Shown here in pieces: positions 31,633 through 41,488 of a DNA stretch of 64,000 nucleotides; the stretch's first letter is position 1, and every line of letters begins with the position of its first letter. The stretch is from Escherichia phage ph0011, in sequence record OP557969.1. The stretch is one strand, 5' to 3'. Both the position numbers and the translations under genes were made by a program. The notes under the pieces are model-generated. The model had not been told where the DNA came from, made no database searches, and saw only the letters and a program-made list of their open reading frames with translations.

Positions 31633-32421
31633 ATGTGCACTATAGATGAATTAATTAGACGGAATTCAAAATACTACAAACCATCAGAAATTGTAGGCAA
31701 CATTACTAAATCAGAGTTCGGACCAAATACACGAAAACTCATTCATGTAATGTTACGTGATGGCTTTAAATGTGATTGTTGTGGTGAATCCAATGTGGTA
31801 TTCACTTTACATAAGCACAGTACTAAAGAACGTTATAAATTCAGACCTTATGTACTTAAAGGGAAACGCCTTGTACGCATGACGTTAGACCATAATGTAC
31901 TGGACTGTCTTCAGGGTGGTAATGACAAAGAAAACATGACTGCACTGTGTGAGGATTGCAATGCATTACGCCAGCATAAATTTGCTGAGTACAGTGAGTT
32001 TAAGTTCTGGTATCATAACGCAGATCGTTCCATTGAACCTGACGTTAACTACTGCTTTATTGAGTACATTAAGAATGCAAAAGATACATACATTCTTAAA
32101 TCAATGTCACCTATTACAGTGTTTCCTGAGAATCTATTCACTACATTAAAGAATAGTTTTATGGTAGGTGATATTGATGCATTCAAGTATTTTGACAAAG
32201 GTGCAAAACATTTTGAAGTTCAATGTCTTAGTACTGCACTATGTGAACTTATTAAAATTTACATAAAAGATTATTTGGGTATTGACAATGTACGCGTACC
32301 AGAGTATACTTTTTCTATTGATTTCGATTGTGAATCAATCAAAGAGTTTGGGATTCTTTTCAATAAACAAATAGAACTTGCAATTCAAAACGAAATCAAG
32401 TACTATAATACTAACATTTAA
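31633..32421 (+). CDS. HNH endonuclease domain protein
   Basis: CDCCGES...HKH...LDHNVLDCLQGGNDKENMTALCEDCNALRQH. Confidence 0.6.
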   Translation: MCTIDELIRRNSKYYKPSEIVGNITKSEFGPNTRKLIHVMLRDGFKCDCCGESNVVFTLHKHSTKERYKFRPYVLKGKRLVRMTLDHNVLDCLQGGNDKENMTALCEDCNALRQHKFAEYSEFKFWYHNADRSIEPDVNYCFIEYIKNAKDTYILKSMSPITVFPENLFTTLKNSFMVGDIDAFKYFDKGAKHFEVQCLSTALCELIKIYIKDYLGIDNVRVPEYTFSIDFDCESIKEFGILFNKQIELAIQNEIKYYNTNI

Positions 32422-32436
32422 TCAGAGGAAATTATT

Positions 32437-32619
32437 ATGCAAATCATCATTCTTATCGTAGGTATCATTCTTGGTGTATATGGTCACTCCTGGATGAACG
32501 AGAAGTTCCCTAATACCCGTCCTGAGTATTGCAGTACGAATGTATACCAGAATGGTGAGAAACCAAAGGAAAGTATTGGTAAAAAGCTGGACAAAGTACT
32601 TGACGTTATCAACGAATAA
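32437..32619 (+). CDS. small membrane protein
   Basis: 60 aa, N-terminal TM. Confidence 0.4.
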   Translation: MQIIILIVGIILGVYGHSWMNEKFPNTRPEYCSTNVYQNGEKPKESIGKKLDKVLDVINE

Positions 32620-32628
32620 GGGTAAAGT

Positions 32629-32829
32629 ATGTTTAAATCAAATACAAATGTTGGTAAGAAGGTTCAATTACTTGAGGATGTATCCACCTTGAGTGGAATT
32701 TTCCCAAGAGGTCACATCATGACTATTATTGCCGAAACATCCCGTGGCTGGGATTTGGAAGATGCTGATGGTAATCGCATCCTTGAGGCTGGATTCTATG
32801 GTCATCGTGAATATAAAATCATTGATTAA
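32629..32829 (+). CDS. hypothetical protein
   Basis: ORF 66 aa. Confidence 0.4.
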   Translation: MFKSNTNVGKKVQLLEDVSTLSGIFPRGHIMTIIAETSRGWDLEDADGNRILEAGFYGHREYKIID

Positions 32830-32838
32830 GGATGCAAC

Positions 32839-32922
32839 ATGACTTTAGAAATTGTCTTTGGTATTCTTAGCTTAGTAGTCTGTGTGGGTTGGTTTGGGTA
32901 TCTGATGATTTTTGGTGATTAA
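32839..32922 (+). CDS. 27-aa hydrophobic peptide
   Basis: MTLEIVFGILSLVVCVGWFGYLMIFGD read from sequence. Confidence 0.3.
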   Translation: MTLEIVFGILSLVVCVGWFGYLMIFGD

Positions 32923-32925
32923 TAC

Positions 32926-32952
32926 TTGACACAAGATATCAGTACTGTATAA
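32926..32952 (+). promoter_or_regulatory. early promoter
   Basis: TTGACACAAGATATCAGTACTGTATAATG. Confidence 0.65.
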
Positions 32953-33046
32953 TGTTTATATCAAAGGGAATGCAGTGAAAGGAAAGACAGCATAATCGTA
33001 CTCGTCACTGTGTTCCTGTACTTTTAAATTAAATGAGGAATTAACT

Positions 33047-33355
33047 ATGTTTCAAACTAACACTCAAGGTTTTGTAATCATTGATTTGAATCAAAACAGC
33101 GGTAATTGGATGAAACCTACTGACGCATGTATGCAGTTTGATTTCTTAGGTTACAGAATTAGTGTAAGTACTGGTGCTTCTGTACTGAGTGGTGGTTGTA
33201 TCGTCGAACATCTGGTAACTGATCCAGAAGGTCGTGAGTATGAAATTGCAGGTTCAGTACAAGATGCCATTATGTTTGTATGTCAGCGTGAAATGAATGG
33301 TTCGAATTCAAATGCACTGACTTATGCTCTTTCTCAAGAAGTGGAGATTCGTTAA
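33047..33355 (+). CDS. hypothetical protein
   Basis: ORF 102 aa. Confidence 0.5.
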   Translation: MFQTNTQGFVIIDLNQNSGNWMKPTDACMQFDFLGYRISVSTGASVLSGGCIVEHLVTDPEGREYEIAGSVQDAIMFVCQREMNGSNSNALTYALSQEVEIR

Positions 33356-33606
33356 TGAAATACATTGTAGCAGTACTCGTCGCATTTTTACTCACTGCAT
33401 GTGATGCTTCAACCAAAGAACGCACAAGTGATTTTATTCTCCCGACTGAATTAAAAGAAGCCGGATGTAAGATTTATCGTATGCAAAAGGACGGTGCTGA
33501 TGTAACCTTGTATACAGTCTATTGCCCTAATGCAAATACCAGTACTGGATACACTAGCGGTAAAACACGAGTCAATACTTCAGTGATTAATGGAGCACAA
33601 CAATGA
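33355..33606 (+). CDS. putative lipoprotein
   Basis: lipobox LLTAC in MKYIVAVLVAFLLTACDAS. Confidence 0.55.
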   Translation: MKYIVAVLVAFLLTACDASTKERTSDFILPTELKEAGCKIYRMQKDGADVTLYTVYCPNANTSTGYTSGKTRVNTSVINGAQQ

Positions 33607-33971
33607 GCCTTGATACAACCCGTACATCAGATTTATTAACTCGTCTGAATGATGAAGAATATCTTGCTGAAATAAAGTACAAGCTTGATAAACTGGTTCG
33701 AAGTGCTGAAGTAATTGAAGTTGAAGGTCACTTACCAATGGATCAATTCCATACGTTCAACGAAGATATGGTTTATTATCCTAATGAAATTTGGATTGAG
33801 TGGCAACATTGGACTGGTAAAACACTACGTATTGAAGGGTATTGTGTGAAGTATGAACGTGATCCTGGTTATGTGACAAAAACTTTGTCAATTTGGTGTA
33901 CAAAAACACATGAACTCGTTGAGGTGAATTTGAATTATATGAATGGCTTCCGTTGGGGTGATGTTCAATGA
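33603..33971 (+). CDS. hypothetical protein
   Basis: ORF 122 aa. Confidence 0.45.
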   Translation: MSLDTTRTSDLLTRLNDEEYLAEIKYKLDKLVRSAEVIEVEGHLPMDQFHTFNEDMVYYPNEIWIEWQHWTGKTLRIEGYCVKYERDPGYVTKTLSIWCTKTHELVEVNLNYMNGFRWGDVQ

Positions 33972-34243
33972 TTAAAAAACTATTGACAGTTGTCTTTGTA
34001 TTCTGTACAATGATTCTTACAGCATGTAATGATGACGGCAGGTTTAGTGCAAAAGACTTAGTTCGTCAGGATTGTACATTCACAGGTAAGTCTTTTATTA
34101 ACGAGTATGAAATATGTACACAATCAGGTCGTATCTGTGGTGGTTGGGAAAAACGTCAGGAGCGATTGTATGTATATGAATGCCCTGGACATCACAACAA
34201 AGTACTAAGCACACACAAACTTGTTTATGATAAGGTTGAATAA
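33968..34243 (+). CDS. putative Cys-rich lipoprotein
   Basis: lipobox ILTAC; 7 further Cys. Confidence 0.55.
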   Translation: MIKKLLTVVFVFCTMILTACNDDGRFSAKDLVRQDCTFTGKSFINEYEICTQSGRICGGWEKRQERLYVYECPGHHNKVLSTHKLVYDKVE

Positions 34244-34458
34244 TGACTACCAATGAAATGATGCAGGTTATTTGGGATAAAGGTTGTGATATTAAAATCA
34301 CTAGTACTGATGTTCGTGTATTCAAAACTGAATATATGGAATACTTGGACCTTGATACTTATAATAATATTGTATCAATTGAACACAAAGGTGCAGTACT
34401 TGAAACTATTGATGTGGTTCTGAAGAAAGCAACAGACCTATTAGGTGCGTCAGTGTGA
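34243..34458 (+). CDS. hypothetical protein
   Basis: ORF 71 aa. Confidence 0.4.
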   Translation: MTTNEMMQVIWDKGCDIKITSTDVRVFKTEYMEYLDLDTYNNIVSIEHKGAVLETIDVVLKKATDLLGASV

Positions 34459-34609
34459 ATAATAAAGAGTGGGAAGAATACCGAAAAAAATGCCGAGAGT
34501 TTGATAAAGAACTAACTGGTACTATTAATGCAGTAATGGGTGTATCTGTTTTTATTTCAGTTGTGTCATTATTTGCTGTTATTATTAATAAATTTTTATA
34601 GGAAATCCC

Positions 34610-34807
34610 ATGTTTACTTTATATCTCGCAGTGGTTCTTACTAATGGTGAAATCACTCGTACTATTGGTGAAGGTGTATATAAAACGCCTGAGCAATGTT
34701 ACTCTGCTACACATTGGCCTCGTGATAGTGATGATACTCGTACCGAATTCAAATGCATGAAAGTAAAAGGTGATTTTGTTAACCTTAAAGTTATTGAGGC
34801 TAAATGA
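34610..34807 (+). CDS. hypothetical protein
   Basis: ORF 65 aa. Confidence 0.4.
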   Translation: MFTLYLAVVLTNGEITRTIGEGVYKTPEQCYSATHWPRDSDDTRTEFKCMKVKGDFVNLKVIEAK

Positions 34808-35322
34808 TGAATATTAATGAGTTGTTAATATTATTGTTTAATCGTGGAAATGATGTAAGACGTACTATATATCAAGACAAAATACACATTGAAACTGATA
34901 AATGCTATGGTAAAACAACTCATGAGATTTTAAAACCAAACGGTAAGCGATATGCCGACGTATGTTTTCATGAACGTAGTGATGGTAGTGACATAATCAG
35001 TACTGATATTGTGTTTTATGCTAGGTCATCGGCAGAATCTTATGAAATCGAACTTGTATATTGCCCTAGTTCAAAAGCACACAATAAGCGTCAGATATTA
35101 TATGATGTTTATTCACCACCAGGTGTAGCTGAACATTTTGTTATCGATTACAGTACTGAAGAAAGTGTGTTTCAACAGAGTTTGATTCATAACTTCCAGT
35201 TGAACGATCCAAATGTACCAAAGATGTTCAATCTACTCGATGCAATTGATGTTGATTTTGAATTTGTTATGTGCATCAGAACTTCTTTAATCGATGAATT
35301 TATGGAACTACTTAATATATGA
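34804..35322 (+). CDS. EExFFQxS motif family protein
   Basis: motif EESVFQQSLIHNF. Confidence 0.5.
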   Translation: MMNINELLILLFNRGNDVRRTIYQDKIHIETDKCYGKTTHEILKPNGKRYADVCFHERSDGSDIISTDIVFYARSSAESYEIELVYCPSSKAHNKRQILYDVYSPPGVAEHFVIDYSTEESVFQQSLIHNFQLNDPNVPKMFNLLDAIDVDFEFVMCIRTSLIDEFMELLNI

Positions 35323-35540
35323 ATCGTTACTACATTGTTTATGAGCATGTATCTGAGTTTAATAATATACGTGGATATAAGAAAGAAGTTCAGAAGATTG
35401 ATGTATTTGTACGTGCTTTAAATCCTACTCATGCACTAATGAAACTTTTTGATGAAGTAACTAAGTACAACACACCGAAAACACAACGCTATGTTGAAAC
35501 TGTACATTGTGTAATGCTTACTGAATATGATGGAGAATGA
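35319..35540 (+). CDS. hypothetical protein
   Basis: ORF 73 aa. Confidence 0.4.
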   Translation: MNRYYIVYEHVSEFNNIRGYKKEVQKIDVFVRALNPTHALMKLFDEVTKYNTPKTQRYVETVHCVMLTEYDGE

Positions 35541-35543
35541 CAA

Positions 35544-35762
35544 ATGAATTTATATCTTGTTGAAGGGTCAGTGCAAGTGTACACCGTAGATGGTGAAGGT
35601 TATCGCTTTTCACATGTAGAAGATTTTAAGTACGTTGTACAAGCGGAAGGTCAGTATGACGCAGAAATTCAGGTTAAAGAATCATTCCGTAATAAGAATG
35701 CAATTGGAAAATTCAAATACCAGAACTTACAATTCATTGTATGGCCCAGCATTAATGACTAA
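35544..35762 (+). CDS. hypothetical protein
   Basis: ORF 72 aa. Confidence 0.4.
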   Translation: MNLYLVEGSVQVYTVDGEGYRFSHVEDFKYVVQAEGQYDAEIQVKESFRNKNAIGKFKYQNLQFIVWPSIND

Positions 35763-36001
35763 GATGTGGTGGTGTCATGGTGTCTATAACGTGTATGTAA
35801 ATGGTCGATATAAAATGTCTAGTACCTATGCTAGACGTGTTCATGCGAAGAATAAAGTTGATGCGGCGTGTGATATCATTGAGTGGTATGCTGGGTTTAA
35901 TACATTTGACTATATGTACGAAATAATCACAATAAATGTTGTACAAATTGACACGTCTTTGATATAATAACTTTATCAAAACAACTTCATCTGAGGATTT
36001 T

Positions 36002-36664
36002 ATGTTAGTAAATCTTAATTTCATCACATCTCCTGATTGGGCATTGCGTGGTGTTTCTTTGAACTTTAAAGAAACTAATTTCGACCACATTGGTGATTGT
36101 ACTTTAGTTAATGCTACATTTGATCCACATCATCCTTTTTGGGCTAAAATTCACGATCCAAATGTAAACAATAGTACATCAGTCATGACTATTGTTCAAA
36201 CGAAACATCCTGGTATTCTTGCAGGATACCGTCCTGAACATGCAATTGAACACTTCACTGATTACGATGTGGTTGATGAATATCCAATGATCCATGAAGA
36301 TGGAAGTTTATACACATCCGAAGACTTCCGTGCTATATTTAATAGTACTGATGATATTCTACCAAGTGGTCGTCCACGCCCTGAGACTTATTGTATGCAC
36401 ACATCATATGGTGTTGCAGATACACTTGAACAGATTTTAACGAAGTACAAGAACCTTATTGAAGGTCCAGAAGAAATTGTTTTATGCTATCATCCAGTAC
36501 TGAAGTCTGACCAACCAGAGAGTGGTGGGTGGCGTTGGCATAAGAATGGGGAGTACATCGGTACTAAGCGTAGTAAAGAACGCTTTGAGTACTTGTATGA
36601 TGAGCCAGATGTTGATGTTGTTTTGTGTTATAATTTTCTTAAGGTGAAAAAGAAATGTATCTAG
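36002..36664 (+). CDS. hypothetical protein
   Basis: ORF 220 aa, GAGGA RBS. Confidence 0.5.
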   Translation: MLVNLNFITSPDWALRGVSLNFKETNFDHIGDCTLVNATFDPHHPFWAKIHDPNVNNSTSVMTIVQTKHPGILAGYRPEHAIEHFTDYDVVDEYPMIHEDGSLYTSEDFRAIFNSTDDILPSGRPRPETYCMHTSYGVADTLEQILTKYKNLIEGPEEIVLCYHPVLKSDQPESGGWRWHKNGEYIGTKRSKERFEYLYDEPDVDVVLCYNFLKVKKKCI

Positions 36665-36879
36665 TATTGAATTTTGTAGTTGTGTTTTTGTTTATGTTCT
36701 ACCCTACACTAGTAGCATTAGCCACTAAACGAACATGGACACATATTATTACTGTTTTCTTTCTTAACGTTGTACTTGTATTTGTGTCTATTATTATTCC
36801 AATAAGCTTTACATATACTGACATTGTATTGGTATTCCTCTTTGTGTTCAGTTATCTTATGCTCATTGATGAAAAATAA
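36655..36879 (+). CDS. small membrane protein
   Basis: 74 aa, two TM. Confidence 0.4.
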   Translation: MYLVLNFVVVFLFMFYPTLVALATKRTWTHIITVFFLNVVLVFVSIIIPISFTYTDIVLVFLFVFSYLMLIDEK

Positions 36880-36882
36880 TAT

Positions 36883-36909
36883 TGACAAACGTTCTTAGAA
36901 CTGTATAAT
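36883..36909 (+). promoter_or_regulatory. early promoter
   Basis: TTGACAAACGTTCTTAGAACTGTATAATA. Confidence 0.6.
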
Positions 36910-36954
36910 AGCTACTGTAGTTTAAAAAAACACTTTATTTTGAGGATATGAAAT

Positions 36955-37275
36955 ATGTTATCAGTATTGTTTTCGATTCCATCCCTAGTTCTGATTTGGC
37001 TTATTGTTTACGAATTCTTTATCACTGATGTTAATGATAAAAAAGAGTTTGTACAGTTGTTTCTGCTAGATTCACCGATTGTCCGAATTTATTATACTAT
37101 CGTTTGTGTTTCAGTACTTGTATGGATTGTGAGTTTTATTTTCCCATTGGGTTCATTAGTATATACGTTGAATTTTATGGAAAATGTAGTTGCTATTCTA
37201 TGGCTAATTGCAGCATGGTATACAGGTAATGTTAGTATTTGGATTGATATTTTAAAATCTAAATTCACAAAATAA
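36955..37275 (+). CDS. membrane protein
   Basis: 106 aa. Confidence 0.45.
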   Translation: MLSVLFSIPSLVLIWLIVYEFFITDVNDKKEFVQLFLLDSPIVRIYYTIVCVSVLVWIVSFIFPLGSLVYTLNFMENVVAILWLIAAWYTGNVSIWIDILKSKFTK

Positions 37276-37358
37276 TATTTAATAGTAAAAAATACCCCCT
37301 ATGACATTAAATACTTCTATACTATATGTACAAATGTATTTTTCTATAGGGGTTTGTT

Positions 37359-37718
37359 ATGGGTAGATATATAAAATTAATAGCATTTGTTTGCTTATTA
37401 TTTTCATGTTTTAGTTATGGTTCGTCATCTGTAACACAATGTCGTAGTTCAAATGGAACTATATATTCATTGACAAACGATCCGAATAATGGTAAAAACA
37501 TTGTTATCAATGGTGTAACTTATCGTGTTAAAGCTCAGAGTACCATCGGTAATAAAAAGATAACGACTTATGTAAATGATTCTGGAACAATTGCGAATGT
37601 TATATTAATCGTTAACCCAATAACAGGTAATGGTGATATCTATATTGTGATTTATTTGGATACAGCATTACAACGAGAACTAAATTTGGATGAATTAAAT
37701 CTGCACTGCAAAATATAG
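37359..37718 (+). CDS. secreted protein or lipoprotein
   Basis: signal peptide MGRYIKLIAFVCLLFSCFSYG. Confidence 0.45.
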   Translation: MGRYIKLIAFVCLLFSCFSYGSSSVTQCRSSNGTIYSLTNDPNNGKNIVINGVTYRVKAQSTIGNKKITTYVNDSGTIANVILIVNPITGNGDIYIVIYLDTALQRELNLDELNLHCKI

Positions 37719-37728
37719 GATATAATAT

Positions 37729-38106
37729 ATGCTCAATTCTATTGTGATTTGGTTTTTAAGTATTCCAATTATTTTATCTTTTGTAATTTCTATTTGTATG
37801 ATTTTATATTTTATTTTTGCTGGGGTGTATTTTATTTTTACAAACAAAGATATTTTTATTTCTAAGCTTGATTCTATATTTGCATGTGAATCGTTAGCTT
37901 ATAATTTGTGGATAATTTGTTCTTGTATCATGGGCATGGCATTCCTACTACACGAATTTAATGTCATTGATGATAATGTTGTATATATTAGTACTGGGTT
38001 AGCATTATATCCAGCTACATGGTACTTGATTTATGTTGTCGATATATGGTATAGTACTTACAAAGAATACCATTGTAAAAAATCAGCAAAAGATGAGGGA
38101 AAGTGA
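37729..38106 (+). CDS. multi-pass membrane protein
   Basis: 125 aa. Confidence 0.45.
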   Translation: MLNSIVIWFLSIPIILSFVISICMILYFIFAGVYFIFTNKDIFISKLDSIFACESLAYNLWIICSCIMGMAFLLHEFNVIDDNVVYISTGLALYPATWYLIYVVDIWYSTYKEYHCKKSAKDEGK

Positions 38107-38459
38107 TAATGAAAATTATTTTGTTTTTTGTATCTATGTTAGTTTGTGGTTTAGTGTCAGCAGAACCGTTGGCAGGTGTTATTTGTACTGATGGAAATAC
38201 CAAACACACATATCAAGGTGATAGCTATGACCGCGATATCGTTTATATTGATGGTCAACAATACAGCTTTGTTAAAGAACATACCATTGGTGACATTAGC
38301 TTTACTGAGTACGCTAAAGATAAGAATCCGAAGGAATTAGCATTTATTGAAGTTGATTTGTATGAAGACAGTAATGGCTCTCAATATGCTAAACTTGTAT
38401 TGATGCGTCGTGGTGCAAAAGAAACAAGTTTTGGTGGTTTATGTAAATACAAGGACTAA
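38103..38459 (+). CDS. secreted hypothetical protein
   Basis: signal peptide MIMKIILFFVSMLVCGLVSAEP. Confidence 0.45.
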   Translation: MIMKIILFFVSMLVCGLVSAEPLAGVICTDGNTKHTYQGDSYDRDIVYIDGQQYSFVKEHTIGDISFTEYAKDKNPKELAFIEVDLYEDSNGSQYAKLVLMRRGAKETSFGGLCKYKD

Positions 38460-38464
38460 ATTTT

Positions 38465-38656
38465 ATGTTGATTTATCAATGTGACGGTATTCGTGTTCTA
38501 CAACATCCTTATCTTCAAATCTTTCATGTTCAGATGTTTATGGAAGGTGATAATCCGAGAACTTATGAACGCACATATGATTATTTCACGGTCAAAGAGT
38601 GCGACAATATCGATGAAGTACGACGATTAGTACATGAACTCCAAAACAAAGGTTGA
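38465..38656 (+). CDS. small hypothetical protein
   Basis: 63 aa; stop codon lies inside the PeSL-like element. Confidence 0.4.
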   Translation: MLIYQCDGIRVLQHPYLQIFHVQMFMEGDNPRTYERTYDYFTVKECDNIDEVRRLVHELQNKG

Positions 38657-38682
38657 CTTCGGTCAGCCTTTTTTGTTATAAT
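38649..38682 (+). promoter_or_regulatory. PeSL-like terminator-promoter module (copy 1)
   Basis: AGGTTGACTTCGGTCAGCCTTTTTT hairpin with UUCG loop containing TTGACT, then TATAAT 18 nt downstream. Confidence 0.7.
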
Positions 38683-38711
38683 TATTTTATATTCTAATGG
38701 AGTTTAAAATT

Positions 38712-39152
38712 ATGTTAGTATATCGTTTTGAACTTAAATTTAGTTACATTGAACCTGATTTGAAACCAGCAACAAATGTTGGTCCATTTGCACGGTATTC
38801 TTCAAAATACAGTACTAAAAATGGTTTTGACCGTTTGTATATGTCTACGCCTACTCAGTTCCAACCTGAACCAACTGATGATGGAATCTATTCAATCAAA
38901 TATGGATGGGCATTTGGCTGTCAAAGTTTGAATGATTTGTTTCGGTTCTTTACTATGGACTTGGGAAAATTACATCGTGCTGGGTTTGCTATTTCCGTAT
39001 ATGACGTACCTGATAATCATGTGGATATTGGTCGTAATCAGGTTCAGTACTATTGCGGTAGTGCAATATTGGTTCGTATCATGTCAGTTAAGGATGCAAA
39101 GGTGGTGAACCGTCAAAGTAAAAGAGTAATACATGAGGTTCTATATGGATAA
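38712..39152 (+). CDS. hypothetical protein
   Basis: start MLVYRFELKF after GGAG. Confidence 0.45.
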   Translation: MLVYRFELKFSYIEPDLKPATNVGPFARYSSKYSTKNGFDRLYMSTPTQFQPEPTDDGIYSIKYGWAFGCQSLNDLFRFFTMDLGKLHRAGFAISVYDVPDNHVDIGRNQVQYYCGSAILVRIMSVKDAKVVNRQSKRVIHEVLYG

Positions 39153-39489
39153 GACACAAATAGAATTGAAAAAATTTGTATCATTTTATCTACCAAATGA
39201 TCCACGTATGTCACAAAAAGATTTGGAATATTATAATATCCTAAGTAAACAGCTAATGAGAAAGTTTCAACAGTGTTTAAGTATATTCAATACTGATGGT
39301 AGACGTAGATACCGAATCATTTCAATGAATGATGAAAACGCAAACTACTTTGATTATGATGTTGTTTTTAGAGCATATAATGATGACCGAATTAAATTAA
39401 ATTATGATCAAATAATATTTGATCTAAGTGCTATATCTGTTATAATTACTCACATCGCCGAGATTAATGGTTTTAAAGAGTGGTATTGA
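39145..39489 (+). CDS. hypothetical protein
   Basis: start MDKTQIELKK. Confidence 0.4.
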   Translation: MDKTQIELKKFVSFYLPNDPRMSQKDLEYYNILSKQLMRKFQQCLSIFNTDGRRRYRIISMNDENANYFDYDVVFRAYNDDRIKLNYDQIIFDLSAISVIITHIAEINGFKEWY

Positions 39490-39503
39490 ATAGAGGACAA
39501 TAT

Positions 39504-39770
39504 ATGAAGCTTAAATTGCAATATAATGGATTTACTTTACGTAATGATACTGAGTTTGTCAATCGTTCACCTGGTGCTGAACTTTTTTTGCGAGAGATGA
39601 ACATTCCTTTCATTATCACTACTGTAGGGGATCGTGAAGTTTTACAATACGCAGAACATCCTATTATTGATGTTCCTTGGTACTCTGAACATATGTACAT
39701 GGATATGGCACGTCGCTACAACTGTAAGTTCATAGTAGAAGGTGATAAAATTACAGTACAATTTAAATGA
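39504..39770 (+). CDS. hypothetical protein
   Basis: start MKLKLQYNG after AGAGGA. Confidence 0.45.
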   Translation: MKLKLQYNGFTLRNDTEFVNRSPGAELFLREMNIPFIITTVGDREVLQYAEHPIIDVPWYSEHMYMDMARRYNCKFIVEGDKITVQFK

Positions 39771-39823
39771 TCATTTAAGCATCATTGCAAATGTAGAAAT
39801 GGTGTACATGAAGTATAATATAA

Positions 39824-39855
39824 AAAGGGAAATCATATATGGCTTCCCCTTTTTC
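39824..39855 (+). terminator. candidate rho-independent terminator
   Basis: AAAGGGAAATCATATATGGCTTCCCCTTTTTC. Confidence 0.45.
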
Positions 39856-39896
39856 TTATTACGTACAATTAAGTACATATATTAATTGGGGAAATT

Positions 39897-40469
39897 ATGA
39901 ATCGTAAAGGTCGTTTTAAGGTATCAAAGAAGAACAAAAGTTCTAGATTTAAGCCTATAGTTTTAACCGTTAAAGCCAAAGCGGAATTAACTGCACTTAG
40001 TAAAAAGATTATTTCATCTAAGATCAAAATATCATATATAAATTCAGTAAAATATCATAATGTCAAACCACGAGATCAACTTATTTCACTCATATTTAAA
40101 CGTAATGATTTTGAGATATCAGTGGATGATTATAGAGCCTATAATGCTGGTTTCATTAATGTTATTTGTACTACAGAACTAACTGAATTAGAACATTTGT
40201 CATGTATAGTAAATCTCGATAAAGGTGTAGTGAAATACCACTTTGTACATTTTACTAATATTAATGATGGAAAGGGTGTACAATCCAGAACTATAGTACC
40301 TACATGTGATGTGACTAAATTATCAAAGCTCAATGACGAAGAATATTTTCAAGAAAGTACTGTAACTGAATATATAGATGAAATTATAGCAACTTACAAA
40401 GAATGTATATGGGTTTTAAATGCAATGAAGCCTAAATTATGTTTGATGAATATTGTACGTGATTTATGA
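39897..40469 (+). CDS. EExFFQxST motif family protein
   Basis: motif DEEYFQESTVTEYIDE. Confidence 0.55.
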   Translation: MNRKGRFKVSKKNKSSRFKPIVLTVKAKAELTALSKKIISSKIKISYINSVKYHNVKPRDQLISLIFKRNDFEISVDDYRAYNAGFINVICTTELTELEHLSCIVNLDKGVVKYHFVHFTNINDGKGVQSRTIVPTCDVTKLSKLNDEEYFQESTVTEYIDEIIATYKECIWVLNAMKPKLCLMNIVRDL

Positions 40470-40482
40470 ATAAGGAATTGAA

Positions 40483-40926
40483 ATGTGTTGGGTAAATGTA
40501 AACAGTATTGAACTTAATGAAAAAGATATTTTTGCATTTGTAAATTTAACAAATAATACAGTTCTAAAAGGTCGATTGTTCAGTTCCAGTACTGGTGAAA
40601 AATGGATTTCATTGATGAATGATTGTGGTGAGATTTATAATGTGATGTCTTTACCACAATGGGTCTATAGTAACACTGCGGATGATGTTCTTGCAGCAGT
40701 TATGCGTGAGTTTGAAAAACTTCCCGGTGGTGATATCAAAAACAAAGTTTTTAATGCCGAGCGTAAAAATTATACAGCACAACAATTAGAATCACTCGCT
40801 ATTGCTGCATATCAAGCTGCTATTAAGAAGCCCGAATGTGTTATTCTTAAGTATATTCCAGACTTAAAACTCACGTTGGAAGATATGGACGCATTCATTT
40901 TTACATCTGAACTGGACCAGTACTGA
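40483..40926 (+). CDS. hypothetical protein
   Basis: ORF 147 aa. Confidence 0.5.
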   Translation: MCWVNVNSIELNEKDIFAFVNLTNNTVLKGRLFSSSTGEKWISLMNDCGEIYNVMSLPQWVYSNTADDVLAAVMREFEKLPGGDIKNKVFNAERKNYTAQQLESLAIAAYQAAIKKPECVILKYIPDLKLTLEDMDAFIFTSELDQY

Positions 40927-41039
40927 TTTAACTTTGGGACAAACCTTCCTATAATGATATAATTTTTTTGTCAGTTTATTTAAATGACATATGAAATATA
41001 AATATTATTGTAAAGTTTATCTCTTATAGGAGTTATAAA

Positions 41040-41423
41040 ATGGTTGATAAATGGAATAAGAAAGAACCATCTCATGATGTGGATATTTCTGACCTAGATA
41101 ATGAACATAAACACAAGTACCTAGATTCACTAGGTCTACTAAAGCCGGACCAAAGTATTGCACATGATCGTCCTTCACGTGAAAAAGCATTCAGTCTGGA
41201 ATCTCTAGGTCATGAGCTAAATCGTGTGTTTGAAGAACACCCAATCTATGTACGTGATATTATTGAGAAACTTAAAGTAACTCCTAAAGAGCACTTTAAA
41301 GCAACTGTACACTCTGCATTCAATGCATTACATGAAGCACTTAAGAAAACTCACAACCTTCGTAAGATTCATGATGATATTGTAAATGCAATTGAAAGTG
41401 AAAAACATAAATTCAAGAAGTAA
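41040..41423 (+). CDS. charged hypothetical protein, paralog of 41489..42760
   Basis: shares KYLDSLGLLKP and LKVTPKEHFKA-type motifs with next gene. Confidence 0.5.
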   Translation: MVDKWNKKEPSHDVDISDLDNEHKHKYLDSLGLLKPDQSIAHDRPSREKAFSLESLGHELNRVFEEHPIYVRDIIEKLKVTPKEHFKATVHSAFNALHEALKKTHNLRKIHDDIVNAIESEKHKFKK

Positions 41424-41431
41424 TAGAAAAG

Positions 41432-41466
41432 AGGTTGACTTCGGTCAGCCTTTTTTATATATTATA
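41432..41466 (+). promoter_or_regulatory. PeSL-like terminator-promoter module (copy 2)
   Basis: GAGGTTGACTTCGGTCAGCCTTTTTT + TATATT/TATAAA. Confidence 0.65.
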
Positions 41467-41488
41467 AATATAGTCATAGAGAAAAAAC

